In this document: piece by piece, positions 61,757-64,000 of the stretch
Position numbering within the stretch: the first letter of the stretch is position 1
Layout: every line of letters starts with the position of its first letter
Source: Octopus sinensis
Lineage: Eukaryota
NCBI RefSeq assembly: GCF_006345805.1
Contig: NC_043002.1
Location: 930,001-994,000, forward strand
DNA length: 64,000 nucleotides
Direction of reading: 5' to 3'
Notes under the pieces: model-generated
What the model saw: only the letters and a program-made list of their open reading frames with translations
What the model was told of the DNA's origin: nothing
Database searches by the model: none
Program-made: the position numbers and the translations under genes

Positions 61757-63940
61757 ATTCGGAAGTCCTGCAGCGATGGGAAGGTGGTGAAGCATGCAGA
61801 CCTGACGGGTTGGAAGCATGTAATCAGCGACCTGCACGTAGGCGGCCCATGCTAGATATTAAAGTCGACTCCTTGTTGCCCAAGACAGCAGTAAGATTCA
61901 GTTGCTGCATGGGTGTCTGAGCAGCTCCATTTGGAGAGGGCACTGCTCACCTGGAGACCGGGGAGGTTCTAGAAAAGGTGAACCAAAAATTGCCAGTCTT
62001 TCCATATCTGGTCAGTTTAGCGCAACTGACGGATGTCCACCCTGTGCTCGAAAAACAATGAGTCCTTTATCTATAAAATCTGGATGGAACTTAAACATTT
62101 TATGTTGGAATGTGCGCACTCTGTTGGACAACAGGAATGATTGCAGGCCTGAAAGACGCACTGCACTTGTTGCTCGTGAGCTGAACCATTATAAAATTGA
62201 TATAGCTGCACTCGTATAGAAGGTGATGGTCAGCTTGAAGAAGTAGGAGGTAGATACACTTTTCTTGGAAAGGAAGGCAGAAGGAGGAGCACAGAAAGGC
62301 TGGTGTTGGTTTTGCAGTCCGATCTGATATCCTTAAGAAGTTGGAAGAGCTCCCTGTTCCTATAAATGAACGTATAATGACCCTACGGTTGCACTTGAAA
62401 GGTAAGCGGTTTGCTACTCTAATAAGTGCCTATGTACCTACTTTGACTAGCTGTGATGAAGATAAAACAATCTTTTATACCCTGCTGAGAGCCATACTTA
62501 GAAAAACCCCCAATTCTGATAAAGTCATTCTACTAGGGGATTTTAATGCCAGAGTTGGAACAGACTGGCAAACATGGAACTCTCTAGGACGTTTTGGAGT
62601 AGGGAAAATGAATAGCAATGGTCTCATGCTACTGGAGCTTTGCGAAGAACATGGACTTTACATTGCAAGTACTCATTTTGTGCACAAAGGTGATCACACC
62701 ACAACATGGATGCATCCAAGGTCCAAAGTTTGGCACTTGCTGGATTATATCATCATCCACAAGTGCGACATTTATGACATTTGTAATGTCAAGTCCTTGC
62801 ATGGATCAGAATGCTGGACAGACCACAGTCTGGTGCGAGCAAAGTTCCGAATGGTGATTAGGGCGAAAGAGAGAAGAGGACCAGCCAGCATTCCTCGCCG
62901 TCTAAATGTCCACAAGGTATATGATGTGGTTAGGAAAGAGCTTCAGACTCGCTTGTCCAGCATTGAAACTACTGCAGCATGGGAAGATTTTCGAGACCAG
63001 GTTGTTCAATGTGCAGCCGAAACACTGGGGTATGTTACTGCCAGACACAGAGACTGGTTTGATGAGAATGATGCTGAAATTCAGCGACTATTAGTGGTAA
63101 AGCGCCATGCCCACAATGTGTTGCTGCCCAGAGAACTGTCTACTGTGCAGCGAAGTCTAGCACTTGCCCACTATAACAGTGTAAAATCATTACTGCAGCG
63201 ATCTCTCAGGAAGATGCAGAACACTTGGTGGGAGGATCTTGCTCGTGATGCTCAGGCTACTGCTGATGCAAATGACAGCAAGAAGCTTTACCATCTTATG
63301 AAGCGAGCTTATGGACCTAAGAGCTCCACATCAGCTCCTTTGCTTTCCAAGGAGTCTTCCACTCTGTTTACTAAATCAACAGAAATCACAGGTCGCTGGA
63401 TCGAACATTTTTCTGAACTCCTAAACCATGAGTCAGTTGTGGATGAAACAGTGATTAATACTATGAAACAAAGACCTATCATTGGCTCCTTAGACTCCTT
63501 GCCCTCAATAGATGAAGTAATGACAGCAATAATTAAATTGAATCTTGGTAGGGCACCTGGAAAGGATGGAATCTCAATGTGGCTTCCGATCTGGTAGAGG
63601 GACAATGGATATAATTTTCACAGCAAGACAGATGCAGGAGAAGTGCTATGAGCAGAATATGGATCTTGTCCAGGTATTCATTGATTTAACTAAGGCCTTT
63701 GATACTGTAAATAGGGCCTTTCTATGGAAAATACTTGGCAAACTTGGATGTCCGGATCACTTTGTATCTATAATTAAATCATTTCATGATGGGATGGAGG
63801 CTTGGGTCAATGTTGGTGGTGCCATGGCGGGACCCATTCCTGTAGAGAATGGTTTCAAGCAGGGTGGCATCCTTGCCCCAACTCTCTTTTCTTTGTACTT
63901 TGCTGCTGCTTTTACTCATGTTAACTTCAATAGCAAGTAT
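61757..63940 (+). mobile_element. RTE-BovB-like LINE: 5' UTR, endonuclease and partial RT, internally deleted and broken off before YADD
   Basis: NILCWNVRTLLD, LISAYVPT, ILLGDFNARVG, TWMHPRSKVWHLLDYII, WTDHSLV, ESQCGFRSGRGT.DIIF, FIDLTKAFDTVNR, KQGGILAPTLF. Confidence 0.95.
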
Positions 63941-64000
63941 TAATAGAAAATGTATAATAATTTAAGTATTATGAGCTAAAAATTGTTAATTAACTTATTG

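Noticed and set aside
61757-61930. HDV-like ribozyme expected at the 5' end of some RTE elements
   Set aside because: cct-gcacgt-agg resembles P3/L3, but I could not build P1, P1.1 and P2 in the required order; a covariance-model search would be needed.
48162-64000. Final WDR37 exon (expected GHRRMVC...NLFTCGFDR-like)
   Set aside because: No matching segment found by eye; ORF 60499-60684 has no similarity or splice support. The exon probably lies beyond the window.

Overview
AT-rich animal genomic DNA, most likely an octopod cephalopod (inferred only from the repeat families and the very long TA/TATG tracts). The only host gene I can support is WDR37 on the + strand. Five internal GT-AG exons (16178-16238, 19009-19194, 19383-19521, 45102-45236, 48047-48161) splice in frame into consecutive WD40 repeats; the first and last exons are not seen in the window. 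The rest is intronic and full of decayed transposons: a Ty3/gypsy-like pol relic, Tc1/mariner/maT elements, RTE-, CR1-, L2- and Tx1-like LINE fragments, tRNA-derived SINEs, Helitron-like elements and microsatellites. The most notable signal is five hammerhead-ribozyme motifs or remnants from three families of Penelope-like terminal repeats. All five are sense to the WDR37 pre-mRNA and each has a core or cleavage-site lesion; one may be a natural A6U core variant. Two pairs of inverted repeats also bracket exons 45102-48161 (possible dsRNA, A-to-I editing or circRNA substrate), and there are several fold-back and internally deleted retroelements. All calls were made by eye without database searches; TE boundaries are approximate.
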